From assembly GCA_003450815.1 (NCBI GenBank), contig DMES01000078.1, positions 175 to 64,174 on the forward strand: DNA of 64,000 nt. Direction: 5' to 3'. Numbering within the stretch: position 1 is the stretch's first letter; each line of letters begins with the position of its first letter. Of the stretch, positions 17,196-26,701 are shown one piece after another. The notes under the pieces are model-generated. The model made no database searches. It saw only the letters and a program-made list of their open reading frames with translations, and was not told where the DNA came from. This stretch comes from Elusimicrobiota bacterium (GTDB lineage: Bacteria; Elusimicrobiota; Elusimicrobia; Elusimicrobiales; UBA9959). Both the position numbers and the translations under genes were made by a program.

Positions 17196-18597
17196 GTTCC
17201 AACTCCTTGATAACGCCGAACATCAGGCTTTCATTGAACGGTTTTACCAGCAGCTGTGCGCCGATGGGCAGGCCGTTCTGACTTTTTCCGGTCGGAAAGG
17301 AAATGCCGGCAAGCCCCGCCAGGTTGCAGGGAATGGTGAAAATATCCGACAGGTACATCGCCAGCGGGTCGGCAATTTTTTCGCCGAATTTAAAAGCCGT
17401 TGTTGGCGCTGTGGGGGTAAGTATAACATCCGCGGTTTTGAAGGCTTCGTCAAAATCCTGCTTGATGAGCGTGCGGATTCTTTGGGCTTTCAGGTAATAA
17501 GCGTCGTAATAGCCTGAGCTGAGCGAATAAGCGCCCAGCATTATGCGTCGTTTTACTTCCGGGCCGAAATTTTGGCCGCGGGTCTTCCTGTAAACATCGG
17601 CCAGGCTTGAACCTTTGACGCTTGCGCCGTAGCGTATGCCGTCAAAGCGGCCCAGGTTGGAGCTGGCCTCGCTTGAGGAGATAATGTAGTAAGCGGCCAA
17701 AGCATAAACGGAATTAGGGAGCGATACTTCCAGCATTCGGGCGCCGGCGGAGCTCAGCCGGCTTTTTACCTTTTCCATCGCGGCGGCCACTTCGGGTGTG
17801 AGTCCCGTCATATCGCTGAAATACTCTTTCGGCAGGCCCACGCGCAGGCTTCTCATGTTAAACGGCCTTTCCATCATCGGCCGCTCAATGGAAGTTGAGT
17901 CTTTCGGGTCGTGAGCGGCCAACGCTGAAAAAGCCAGCTCAGCGTCTTTGACGGTGGATGCAAAGGGCCCGATCTGGTCCAGGCTTGAGGCAAAGGCTGT
18001 AAGACCGTGGCGTGATACCAGGCCATAAGTGGGTTTTAAGCCATAAACGCCGCAGAAGGCGGCCGGTTGGCGTATGGAGCCGCCGGTGTCGGAACCCAGC
18101 GCGATGGGACAGAAACCAGCCGCCACAGCGGCGGCGGATCCTCCGGAAGAGCCGCCCGGCACATAGGCGGGGTTAACTGGGTTTTTGGTTTTTTGGTAAG
18201 CCGAATTCTCAGTGGAGGAGCCCATTGCAAATTCATCCATGTTTGCCCGGCCTATTATAACCGCGTCTTCATCTATAAGCCGCTGTACGGCTGTGGCGGT
18301 GTAGGGGGAAATATATCCTTCCAGTATTTTTGAGCCGCAGGTCATGCGGTGTCCCGCATAGGCCATATTGTCTTTTATGGCCACAGGCACGCCCGCAAGG
18401 AGACCCATTTTTCGGCCAGATGCGGCTTTGATGTCCACCGCCGCCGCTTGCGCGCGCGCGGAATCCGTGAAAACTTCCAGAAAAGCCCCGATCTCGCCGT
18501 CGCGTTCATCTATGACCTTAAGGCAGGTCTCAAGCGCGGCTGAGGCCGTAAGCTTTTGCCCTTTTACCAGTTCAACAGTTTCGGTGGCGGTAAGCAT
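17185..18597 (-). CDS. gatA: Asp/Glu-tRNA amidotransferase subunit A
   Basis: Amidase signature GGSSGGSAAAVA. The likely start is MLTATETVELV at 18597; the track start at 18642 would run into the repeat element. Confidence 0.93.
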   Translation of the reverse strand: MLTATETVELVKGQKLTASAALETCLKVIDERDGEIGAFLEVFTDSARAQAAAVDIKAASGRKMGLLAGVPVAIKDNMAYAGHRMTCGSKILEGYISPYTATAVQRLIDEDAVIIGRANMDEFAMGSSTENSAYQKTKNPVNPAYVPGGSSGGSAAAVAAGFCPIALGSDTGGSIRQPAAFCGVYGLKPTYGLVSRHGLTAFASSLDQIGPFASTVKDAELAFSALAAHDPKDSTSIERPMMERPFNMRSLRVGLPKEYFSDMTGLTPEVAAAMEKVKSRLSSAGARMLEVSLPNSVYALAAYYIISSSEASSNLGRFDGIRYGASVKGSSLADVYRKTRGQNFGPEVKRRIMLGAYSLSSGYYDAYYLKAQRIRTLIKQDFDEAFKTADVILTPTAPTTAFKFGEKIADPLAMYLSDIFTIPCNLAGLAGISFPTGKSQNGLPIGAQLLVKPFNESLMFGVIKELEHAA

Positions 18598-18610
18598 AAT
18601 AATAGTCCTG

Positions 18611-18694
18611 AAGCGCTGAAGAGCTGAAGCTCTGTAGTTCACAAGAATGGAAACGCGTAAAACTTAAAGGCTCTTTACTTCAGTTCTTCAGCTC
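18611..18694. repeat. inverted arms of GCTGAAG-type short repeats (hairpin) between gatC and gatA
   Basis: CTGAAGAGCTGAAG (18616-18629) pairs with CTTCAGTTCTTCAG (18678-18691) at 13 of 14 positions. Confidence 0.7.
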
Positions 18695-18697
18695 TAA

Positions 18698-18985
18698 CTA
18701 TTCTATAACCTTCGGTACTTTTATAAAGTCGGATTCCCGCTGCGGCGCGTTTTTTAAGATAGCTTCCCTATCCTGGAACAACTCAGAAATGTCAGGCCGC
18801 AATACATTTTCAAGGCCGAGTATGTGGGCCGTCGGTTCAACTTTGGAGGTATCCGTCTTGTTCAACTCCTCCATCCAGGAAAGGATGTTGTCGAGTTGTA
18901 AGGAATACAACTCCTTTTCATCCCCAGTCAGCTCAAGCCGGGATAGTTCCGCTATATATTCCACATCTTGTTTTTCTATTTTCAT
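18698..18985 (-). CDS. gatC: Asp/Glu-tRNA amidotransferase subunit C
   Basis: MKIEKQDVEYIAELSRLELTGDE... is a typical GatC sequence of 95 aa. I chose the internal ATG at 18985 over the 129-aa track ORF. Confidence 0.88.
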   Translation of the reverse strand: MKIEKQDVEYIAELSRLELTGDEKELYSLQLDNILSWMEELNKTDTSKVEPTAHILGLENVLRPDISELFQDREAILKNAPQRESDFIKVPKVIE

Positions 18986-18986
18986 T

Positions 18987-19013
18987 AAAAATTTTTGCCG
19001 CAAATATTTTACC
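18987..19013 (-). promoter_or_regulatory. conserved near-palindromic TTTTTGCSGCAAA motif with TGGTAAAAT-like extended -10, abutting the gatC start
   Basis: Minus strand reads TGGTAAAATATTTGCGGCAAAAATTTTTAATG. Near-identical copies sit before aroB (42845-42872) and the dsbD-like gene (28542-28567). Confidence 0.5.
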
Positions 19014-19028
19014 AATTTGTGGAAGCTG

Positions 19029-21224
19029 TCAGATCTCTTGCAGCGGGGCGTATTTAAGCATGAAGGTCTGCCGCGCGCCGGAGTCAAAAGCCACGGTTAC
19101 TTTCGTGTATTCCCCGGTTCCTATCTGGTCTATAACGCGGCCCGGTCCGTAGATAGGATGAGCCACCCGCCTGCCCTTGCCGATGCGGCCCGCTGCCCGC
19201 GGCGGCTGGTAGACGCCAAGCACCTGCACATCGTCCTCGTTCGGCCTTCGCGCCGTTTCGGCCGCCACCCTGCTTTCAAAAATAAACCGCGAGGCTATGT
19301 TGGGGTAAGTGGTGCCGAAAATTCTGCGGGTATCGGCCCAGGTAAGGTAAAGTTTTTCTTTCGCGCGCGTCATGCCCACATAGGCGAGCCGCCGTTCCTC
19401 CTCCATTTCCTCTTCCGAGGTGTTGGCCGCGTTTATGGGGAAAAGATTTTCTTCAAGTCCGGTCACGAATACCACCGGGAACTCAAGGCCCTTGGCCAGG
19501 TGCACGGTCATAAGCGTAACCGCGTAGGTCTCGGTGTTCATGTCGTCCACCTGCGAGGCCAGCATGGCTTCTTCCAGGTATTTATGAAGCGTCGGAGGAA
19601 CTCCCTCCTTGGCGCAGCGCTCCTCAAATTCCTTTATAGCGTTCACCAGTTCCTGCAGGTTGCCCAGGCGGGCCAGCGCGCCTTCCTTGTCTTTTTCGGT
19701 TTCGTCCTCGGTCATTTGCCAGTAGCCGGACTTAACCAGTATTTTTTCAAGCATCAGGCTGGGCGTTGCGGTAAACAAGTCGCCCTTTATTCCCTCTATA
19801 AGGTCAAGAAAATCTTTAATGCCGCGCCGTGCCGTGTTTGTGATGTCGGGCACCTGGTCGGCGGTGAGCAGGGCGTCGTAAACCGGCATTCCTTTTCCGC
19901 GGGCGTAAGCCATTACGTGTTCAAGGGCGGTTTTGCCTATGCCGCGCGCCGGAACATTTATTACGCGCAGAATGCTTACGGTGTCGGCCGGGTTTACCAG
20001 CATTTTCATGTAGGACATGGCGTCTTTTATTTCTTTGCGTTCGTAGAACCGCACCGAGCCTATCAGCCGGTAGGGGATGCGCGCGCGCCTGAAAGCGTCT
20101 TCAAAAGAGCGGCTTTGGGCGTTAGTGCGGTAGAAAACAGCGATATCGTTATAGGTAAAATTGTCTTTGGCGGTCAGTTGCTTTACTTTTTCAAGCACGC
20201 CCCGCGCTTCGTCCAGCTCGTTCTGGTATTCAAGCGCCTCAACAGGGTCGCCGTGCTTTTTTTCGGTCCAGAGCTTTTTTTCTTTGCGGTTTCGGTTATG
20301 CTTTATCAATTCGTTTGAGGAGTAAAGTATTTTAGCGGTGGAGCGGTAATTCTGTTCAAGCACTATGGTTTTTGAATCTTTAAAGTCCTTTTCAAATTCC
20401 ATGATATTGCGGATATCTGCGCCCCGCCACCCGTACACCATCTGGTCCGGATCTCCGACCACGCACAGGTTCCTGTGTTTCGCGGAAAGAGTTTTTATCA
20501 GCACATACTGGGAGTGGTTCGTGTCCTGGTATTCATCCACCAGTACGTATTCGAAATATTCCTGGAAGTACTCGCGTATTTCGTCCTTTTCCTTAAGCAG
20601 CTCGGCCGTGCGCACTATCAGGTCGCCGAAATCAAGGGCGCAGGCCTCAGCGAGCTTGGCCTGGTAGCGCAGGTAGATTTGCGCCGCTTTCAGGCGATTC
20701 GGTTCGCCGGAGGCCTCGGCGTTTATCAGGTAGGACCCGGCATCAAGCAAATCGTCCTTGGCGCGCGAGATGAGGTTCACATAAATTGGAGCTTTGGATT
20801 TATCGCTTTCAAACCCCAGCTCCTCCATGGCCAGCTGCACTATTTTTTTCTGGTCATCAGAGTCGTAGATAAGGAAGTCGGGTTTTATGCCTATCAGGCG
20901 GCCGTGCTGACGCAGCAGGCGCGCGCCGAAAGAGTGAAAGGTATGTATCCACATGCCGCCCGAGTAGGGCACAAGCCTGGCCACGCGGTGCTGCATTTCC
21001 TGCGCGGCTTTGTTGGTGAAAGTGATGGCAAGTATGCGCGTTGGAGAAACGCCCGAGGCTATAAGCAGCGCTATTTTTGAAGTCAGCGTTTTGGTCTTGC
21101 CTGTGCCCGCCCCGGCAAGTATCAGTTCCGGTCCCGCGAAATAAGTAACGGCCTCAAGCTGCTTCGGGTTCAAAGCCAGTTTGGGTAAAATTTCCGGATT
21201 AAGCTGTATGTCCAATACGCTCAT
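19029..21224 (-). CDS. uvrD: ATP-dependent DNA helicase UvrD/PcrA (SF1)
   Basis: Walker A AGAGTGKT, DEYQDTN motif II, and a C-terminal tail typical of PcrA/UvrD. 731 aa. Confidence 0.92.
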   Translation of the reverse strand: MSVLDIQLNPEILPKLALNPKQLEAVTYFAGPELILAGAGTGKTKTLTSKIALLIASGVSPTRILAITFTNKAAQEMQHRVARLVPYSGGMWIHTFHSFGARLLRQHGRLIGIKPDFLIYDSDDQKKIVQLAMEELGFESDKSKAPIYVNLISRAKDDLLDAGSYLINAEASGEPNRLKAAQIYLRYQAKLAEACALDFGDLIVRTAELLKEKDEIREYFQEYFEYVLVDEYQDTNHSQYVLIKTLSAKHRNLCVVGDPDQMVYGWRGADIRNIMEFEKDFKDSKTIVLEQNYRSTAKILYSSNELIKHNRNRKEKKLWTEKKHGDPVEALEYQNELDEARGVLEKVKQLTAKDNFTYNDIAVFYRTNAQSRSFEDAFRRARIPYRLIGSVRFYERKEIKDAMSYMKMLVNPADTVSILRVINVPARGIGKTALEHVMAYARGKGMPVYDALLTADQVPDITNTARRGIKDFLDLIEGIKGDLFTATPSLMLEKILVKSGYWQMTEDETEKDKEGALARLGNLQELVNAIKEFEERCAKEGVPPTLHKYLEEAMLASQVDDMNTETYAVTLMTVHLAKGLEFPVVFVTGLEENLFPINAANTSEEEMEEERRLAYVGMTRAKEKLYLTWADTRRIFGTTYPNIASRFIFESRVAAETARRPNEDDVQVLGVYQPPRAAGRIGKGRRVAHPIYGPGRVIDQIGTGEYTKVTVAFDSGARQTFMLKYAPLQEI

Positions 21225-21277
21225 AATAAATTAAACGCCAGAATTTAAAAAATATCGCAAGACGGGATAGACCAATT

Positions 21278-22123
21278 TTATAATTTTTGTGGTCTGTTTT
21301 GTTTGTAATTATAAAAATGGTTTAAAGGACCGCGGCCGGCGCCCAATTTATAGTTCCTTGATCCTGCGAGCGCGCTGTTTAGAAATTCCTTGGCGGATTT
21401 AACCGCTTTTATCATTCCCTCGCCTGTGTCCGCGCCCGAGGCCAGACAAGAAGCGATAGCGGTGGAAAGTGCGCAGCCGGTGCCGTGCGAGTTTGGTGTG
21501 TTTATCCTTGGCGCGCCAAACCAGATCATTCTCTTTGTGTCCGGCAGATATAGGCAGTCGGTCGCGGTTTTACCGCGTGAGTGTCCGCCCTTTACCAAAA
21601 CGCTTCCCACGCCCAGGTCCGCTATTCTTACCGCAGCCTCTTCCATGTCTTTCGCGCGGCTTATTTTTATTCCGCTCAGCAGCTCAGCCTCAGGGATGTT
21701 CGGCGTTATTATATCCGTAAGCGGCAGCAGCTTTTTTTTGTAGGTTAGAAGAGCCTTGCGCCTTAAAAAAACAAAGCCGTCACTGGCCGCTATTACCGGG
21801 TCCGCCACTATATTTTTGAATATTTTTTTCCGTAAGAAATCGGCTATCGCCAGCACCGCGCCTTCTGACGCTATCGCGCCTATTTTTACAGCGTCAATCG
21901 TTATGTCTTCCGCCAGGGCTTTTAGTTGGCCGCTTATGAAACACGGCGGCAGCGCGGCTAGCTCAAAAACGCCGGTGGTGTTTTGTATGGTCAGCGCGCT
22001 CAGGGCGCTAAGGGCGTAACAGCCCAGAGCGGACGCGGTCTTTATGTCCGCCTGAATGCCCGCGCCGCAGGAAGGGTCGGAAGCTGCTATGCACAGTACG
22101 GTTTTAAGCCTTTTGCGCTTCAT
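21278..22123 (-). CDS. thiD: hydroxymethylpyrimidine/phosphomethylpyrimidine kinase
   Basis: IAASDPSCGAGIQADIKT N-terminus, GTGC motif near the C-terminus, thi operon context. Confidence 0.9.
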   Translation of the reverse strand: MKRKRLKTVLCIAASDPSCGAGIQADIKTASALGCYALSALSALTIQNTTGVFELAALPPCFISGQLKALAEDITIDAVKIGAIASEGAVLAIADFLRKKIFKNIVADPVIAASDGFVFLRRKALLTYKKKLLPLTDIITPNIPEAELLSGIKISRAKDMEEAAVRIADLGVGSVLVKGGHSRGKTATDCLYLPDTKRMIWFGAPRINTPNSHGTGCALSTAIASCLASGADTGEGMIKAVKSAKEFLNSALAGSRNYKLGAGRGPLNHFYNYKQNRPQKL

Positions 22124-22754
22124 TCTTGTTTCCTGCCAGGCATTTTTCCATGTTTTTGGCCGCCTGGAAGGGACTGGTAGTCAGGCAGATATAGGAAACC
22201 ACGCAGAGGCCGTCGGCTCCGGCGGCAATAACCGATCGAGCGTTTGAAGGGTTTATTCCGCCTATGGCTACCAGCCGCGTATCCTTCATTATTTTTCTTA
22301 TTCTTGAAAACCCCTCAAGGCCGAGGGGGCTTGCCGCGTCGTTTTTTGAAGACGTGAAAAAAACGGGGCTAGCGGAAACATAACTCAGAGGTAGTTTCAA
22401 AGCTGAACGGGCCTGGCTTTCATTCTCTACCGAGAGGCCGATTATGGCGTTCTTCCCCAGTATCCGCCTTGCGCTCAGTGGGTCAATGTCGGATTGCCCC
22501 AGATGTACTCCGTCGGCTCCGGAGACAAGCGCCACGTCAACCCGGTCATTTATCATCAGCGGGATCTTGCGGGACCTGAGCATGTTTTTGAGGCTTTTTG
22601 CCAGCTCAACATACTGACGCGCCGGCATATATTTTTCCCGGAGCTGCACAGCCGTTATGCCGCCGCGCGCCGCTTTGGCAATCGTATCTTTAAGTTTTCC
22701 GGCAGGAGCGAATTCTGTCCCGATTACAAGATAAAGACTTAGGTCAGGCTTCAC
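22104..22754 (-). CDS. thiE: thiamine-phosphate synthase
   Basis: LYLVIG...VQLREK...GADGVHLGQSD...AIGGI pattern. 216 aa. Confidence 0.9.
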   Translation of the reverse strand: MKPDLSLYLVIGTEFAPAGKLKDTIAKAARGGITAVQLREKYMPARQYVELAKSLKNMLRSRKIPLMINDRVDVALVSGADGVHLGQSDIDPLSARRILGKNAIIGLSVENESQARSALKLPLSYVSASPVFFTSSKNDAASPLGLEGFSRIRKIMKDTRLVAIGGINPSNARSVIAAGADGLCVVSYICLTTSPFQAAKNMEKCLAGNKNEAQKA

Positions 22755-23559
22755 GGGTTATCCTTAATCTTCGTTCTAGATCCTCCGGTTTTAGCGCGTA
22801 CAGGCAGTCAAGAAAACAAGCCTGGAAGCTGCCGGGCAGGGCTGTTTTTTCACGGGCCATTTCTCCTGCTATGCCCGTAACCGCGGCCGCTGTGTAAGCG
22901 GCCTCAAAAGCTGAACCGCATACGCCGGCGAAGGCTCCAGTGAGCGCGCTAAGGGCGCAGCCCATGCCGGTCACCTTCGTCATCAGTTCCACCCCGTTTG
23001 CGAGCGACATGGTCCCATCGCGGGAGCGGATAAAGTCTTTTGCGCCGCTTATGGAAACCGCACAGCCGTATTTAGCGGCGAGCGCGTCGGCCGCTTCAAG
23101 CGCCAGCGACGAAGAGCAGGAACTGTCTACGCCCCTGGTGCGAGCCGCGTCCGCGGCGCCGGCCACGGCTTGTATCTCCGAAGCGTTTCCCCTCAACACA
23201 GCTATACTTCCGGATTCCAGAAGTTCTCTTGCCGCGGCGGTCCTATAGGCTGTCGCGCCCGCACCAACCGGGTCCAGCACCACCGGTTTGCCGCAGGCGG
23301 AGGCCGCTTTGAGCGCGCCTTTCATGCTTAACACCCACCTGGGATTTAAAGTGCCTATATTGAGGACAACAGCCGAAGAGAGGAAAACAATGTCCTCGAT
23401 TTCTTCTGCCGCGTCCGCCATAACCGGCGAGGCGCCCACCGCCAGCAGGGCGTTGGCGGTGAAGTTCATCGCCACATAATTGGTTATATTATGGACCAGT
23501 GGTTTAGCGAACCTAACTTTCTCAAGGTTATCGCAGATTTTTAGGGTTTCCAGGTTCAT
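22744..23559 (-). CDS. thiM: hydroxyethylthiazole kinase
   Basis: PLVHNITNYVAMNFTANALLAVGASPVMA motif. The ATG at 23559 overlaps the thiC TGA (ATGA). Confidence 0.9.
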   Translation of the reverse strand: MNLETLKICDNLEKVRFAKPLVHNITNYVAMNFTANALLAVGASPVMADAAEEIEDIVFLSSAVVLNIGTLNPRWVLSMKGALKAASACGKPVVLDPVGAGATAYRTAAARELLESGSIAVLRGNASEIQAVAGAADAARTRGVDSSCSSSLALEAADALAAKYGCAVSISGAKDFIRSRDGTMSLANGVELMTKVTGMGCALSALTGAFAGVCGSAFEAAYTAAAVTGIAGEMAREKTALPGSFQACFLDCLYALKPEDLERRLRITREA

Positions 23560-24833
23560 ATGGCGGCCTTCCCCGGCCCGAAGGTTTTTTTTGAGTTTTT
23601 CATCGCGCAGAAATTTTCCCCGCACATGGAGCAATAGCCTTTGCCCGTATCGCCGCGCTTTGCGCGGAACATCTTTCTTGCGCGTGCCGGGTCCAGGGCC
23701 AGACTGAATTGTTTCTCCCAGTCAAAGGCGTACCTGGCCCGGGACAGTTCAAGGTCGCGCTTTTGGGCGCCGTTCAGTTTACGGGCAGCGTCCCAGGCGT
23801 GGGCGGCCAGTTTGAAAGCCGTAACGCCCTGCTTTATTTCCTCCAGGTCCGGCAGCCCCAGATGTTCTCCTGGTGTGACGCAGCAAAGGAAGGCCGCGCC
23901 CGCTCTGGCCGCTATGGCCGCGCCTATGGCGGCGTTTATGTGGTCGAAGCCCAGGGCTATGTCGGTTACCAGCGGACCTAAAACATAGAGCGGCGCGTCA
24001 TGGCAGACTTTAAGGGCTTTTTCCACATTCATCTCTATTCCATTCAGCGGTATGTGGCCCGGCCCCTCCACCATCACCTGAACGCCTCTTGCCCTGGCTT
24101 TCAGTACCAGTTCGCCCAGCGTTTCAAGCTCGCCGAACTGGGCCGCGTCGGAAGCGTCGGCAAGCGAGCCCGGCCTCAATCCGTCGCCAAGACTGATGGT
24201 GACATTATATTCGTAGCAGATATCCAGAATGTCGTCAAAACGCTCGTAAAAGGGGTTTTCTTTCGCGTGCGCCTTCATCCAGCCGGCTATCAGCGAGCCG
24301 CCTCTCGACACAATTCCTGTTACGCGTTTCTCGGCCAAGGGCAGGTGTTTGCGCATGAGGCCCGCGTGGATGGTCATAAAGTCCACTCCCTGCGCCGCTT
24401 GTTTTTCTATAAGGTTCAGCATGTTGCGATAAGTAAGTTTGGTAATGTCTTTTAGTTCGGAAAAAAGGCCGTAAACGGGAACCGTGCCTAGCGGCATTTT
24501 ACAGCGCGCCATAATTTCTTTCCGTATAGCATCAAGGCCGCCGCCGGTGGAAAGGTCCATCACGGTGTCGGCTCCGTTTTCGAGCGCGGCCTCAAGCTTC
24601 AGAAATTCTTCCCGCAGATTTGAGGCTTCGCCTGATATGCCGAGGTTGACGTTTATCTTGCAGGAGAAGTTCCTGCCGATTATTATTGGGTCTATACCGG
24701 CGCGGCGTTTATTGGCGGGTATAACGGCCCGCCCGGATTCAAGTTCCTTTAATATATAAGCGCTTTTGCGGCCCTCTTTGATGCCAATGGATTTTATGTG
24801 GGATGTGTTAAGGAATGCTTGTGCTGTAGTCAT
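23556..24833 (-). CDS. thiC: phosphomethylpyrimidine synthase
   Basis: Radical-SAM ThiC C-terminal CSMCGENFCAMK. I chose the start at 24833 (MTTAQAF), which follows the GGAGGA inside the riboswitch 3' end. Confidence 0.93.
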   Translation of the reverse strand: MTTAQAFLNTSHIKSIGIKEGRKSAYILKELESGRAVIPANKRRAGIDPIIIGRNFSCKINVNLGISGEASNLREEFLKLEAALENGADTVMDLSTGGGLDAIRKEIMARCKMPLGTVPVYGLFSELKDITKLTYRNMLNLIEKQAAQGVDFMTIHAGLMRKHLPLAEKRVTGIVSRGGSLIAGWMKAHAKENPFYERFDDILDICYEYNVTISLGDGLRPGSLADASDAAQFGELETLGELVLKARARGVQVMVEGPGHIPLNGIEMNVEKALKVCHDAPLYVLGPLVTDIALGFDHINAAIGAAIAARAGAAFLCCVTPGEHLGLPDLEEIKQGVTAFKLAAHAWDAARKLNGAQKRDLELSRARYAFDWEKQFSLALDPARARKMFRAKRGDTGKGYCSMCGENFCAMKNSKKTFGPGKAAI

Positions 24834-24925
24834 GTTTTCCTCCGCCGGCATTATCCGGATCAGGTTCCAAGGGTCTTCCGGTCGGACCGGAACTCTCAGC
24901 CTCTGAAAAAGAAGCTCCCCTGTTA
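24834..24925 (-). promoter_or_regulatory. TPP (THI-box) riboswitch
   Basis: Minus strand reads CAGGGGAGC...GGCTGAGAG...ACCCTTGGAACCTGATCCGGATAATGCCGGCGGAGGA. This matches the conserved CUGAGA and ACCUGAUCUGGAUAAUGCCAGCG cores. Its 3' end includes the thiC SD. Confidence 0.9.
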
Positions 24926-24974
24926 TGTTCTGTTTGAAATTATATATCTTTTTCAGGCTTATAGTTTCCCGGTT

Positions 24975-25562
24975 TTAAACCTGCTGGTGGCTCAGGCTGC
25001 CGCGCCTTACCAGCAGGAAAATTCCCAGCGCGCTGTTGGAGAACACTAGCAGCGCCGGGTAAAGCCAGGTGGAGATTGTGTAATGCTCGATCGCGAACAG
25101 TGAAAAAAACGAGCACAGCGTGGCGATGAAATAGCTGGAAGCCGATTCTTCATACGGCTTGTTCCATGCTTTCCTTATTGTCGGGAAATAGCCGATGGTG
25201 TCTATGATGCAGACGATGAGTACCGACCAGACTGGCGTTTTAGTTATGATCCAAAGCGGAATCGCGCAAAACGCGACTACAAGGCTGGTCCAGTCCCCTT
25301 TTGTGATGTCCTTTTCACCTTTATAATAGCCCAGAACCGCCAGTATGCAGCAGGTTGCCGCGCTAAATCCCCGCGCCCAGGAACCTGGGCCCGCGCCCTC
25401 GGCGACCTGCGCCGCGAAGCCTATGCCCGAAATTGTCGCCCAGATAAGCCATGAGAATGCATGAGGTTTTGTTTTGCCTTTAAAGATAGAGGCAAGGTAA
25501 ATCGCGCGTGAAAGCGCCATCATAGCGATGGAAACAAAACCAAAGAATGCGGTGTGGGTCAT
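24975..25562 (-). CDS. hypothetical polytopic membrane protein
   Basis: 195 aa with about 6 hydrophobic helices. Overlaps the downstream end of the thioredoxin gene. No family was recognised with confidence. Confidence 0.55.
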   Translation of the reverse strand: MTHTAFFGFVSIAMMALSRAIYLASIFKGKTKPHAFSWLIWATISGIGFAAQVAEGAGPGSWARGFSAATCCILAVLGYYKGEKDITKGDWTSLVVAFCAIPLWIITKTPVWSVLIVCIIDTIGYFPTIRKAWNKPYEESASSYFIATLCSFFSLFAIEHYTISTWLYPALLVFSNSALGIFLLVRRGSLSHQQV

Positions 25563-26701
25563 TTTGCCGGCGTGACGCGCAGAAACTCAATGGTCCGGCG
25601 CGCCGGCACAAGGATCAACCCCTGTCCGGCAAGAACCCGATCGGCTTCAGTAAGGTCGCCGTATTTCCACTTGAGATCAAACTCGTATGTTCCCTTGAGC
25701 CCGGTCTCATCCACCACCGGCCTGTCCAGGCTTGACCAAAGGGCGCGCGCGATTCTGGGCATTTCGGCTGTGCCGACCAGGTCGCCGCCTCCGTATGCCA
25801 TTAAGCCCATCTCACCCGCCTCCGGCGCGCCCGGTTTTGGCCGGGGAGCGCCTTGGGAGGTTGATAAGGTCAGGACAAAAACATTGGTCTCCGCGGGTTC
25901 CGGCATTACGCGTATATTGAAAACGGACTGGATGGCGGTCTTCAGAACTTCACGGCCCTTCTCGATTCCATCAGGAGGCGTCTTCAATGTCAGATTCAGA
26001 GAATCCACCGGTTTTGTGTCCAGAATGACCTGGTTATCTTCAACGTCCCAAATACGCGCGATGCTGTTTAAAAATGGGACCCCTTGCATTTCAAGTTTTG
26101 TCTGAGAGCTTGACATGCGCCACTTGCCGGACCCGGACGATATTTTTATTTCAAAAATAGTCTTGACGGTTTCCGGCTTAACCGCCGGAGCTTTAGTATC
26201 CTCCCATTCAACAGGCTTGGGTTTAAAATTACCCGCGATCGCGTCACGAACTTCTTTCTCTTCCAGACTTGCCGGGAATATGCGCGCCAGCAGGGTTCCG
26301 TCCTTGCCGATAAGGTAGCCGTCCGGCCGTCCATTGACCCTATAAGCTTTAAACGAGGATTCCTTCTGGTCAATACCCACCCAGGATTTTATTTCGTGCG
26401 TTGTGAGAAATGCGGTGATTGTGTCTGTTGATTCGTCGGTTACCGCGATGAAGACCACAGGCTCGCCCTTCAGAGCTTCATGCAGGCGGTTTATATGAGG
26501 CAGGCTTGCCACGCAAGGCGCGCACCAGGTCGCCCAGAAATCAAGGAAAACCACTTTTCCTTTAAGGTCCTTCAGTCCTTTGACACTGGTGACCGGGGCG
26601 TTAAGGACTTTTGCTATTTTGAAGTCCGGCGCCTGCGCGGCATAGGACGGCCCTTTACAGGCGGAAATCATCAGGGCCATAATTGCGAAGATTCTTTTCA
26701 T
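25559..26701 (-). CDS. TlpA-like periplasmic thioredoxin fused to a TIGR03435-like C-terminal domain
   Basis: Signal peptide and redoxin motif FWATWCAPC. The C-terminal part has FEIK..., PVVDETGLKGTYEFDLKW and LGL-type tail patterns that I associate with TIGR03435. Confidence 0.7.
   Translation of the reverse strand: MKRIFAIMALMISACKGPSYAAQAPDFKIAKVLNAPVTSVKGLKDLKGKVVFLDFWATWCAPCVASLPHINRLHEALKGEPVVFIAVTDESTDTITAFLTTHEIKSWVGIDQKESSFKAYRVNGRPDGYLIGKDGTLLARIFPASLEEKEVRDAIAGNFKPKPVEWEDTKAPAVKPETVKTIFEIKISSGSGKWRMSSSQTKLEMQGVPFLNSIARIWDVEDNQVILDTKPVDSLNLTLKTPPDGIEKGREVLKTAIQSVFNIRVMPEPAETNVFVLTLSTSQGAPRPKPGAPEAGEMGLMAYGGGDLVGTAEMPRIARALWSSLDRPVVDETGLKGTYEFDLKWKYGDLTEADRVLAGQGLILVPARRTIEFLRVTPAK

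Noticed and set aside
18789-20318. 509-aa plus-strand ORF
   Set aside because: It is entirely antisense to the uvrD/pcrA gene, which has unambiguous helicase motifs. Its translation is low-complexity (Arg/Gly/Phe-rich) with no recognisable domain. This is typical of a GC-rich antisense artefact.
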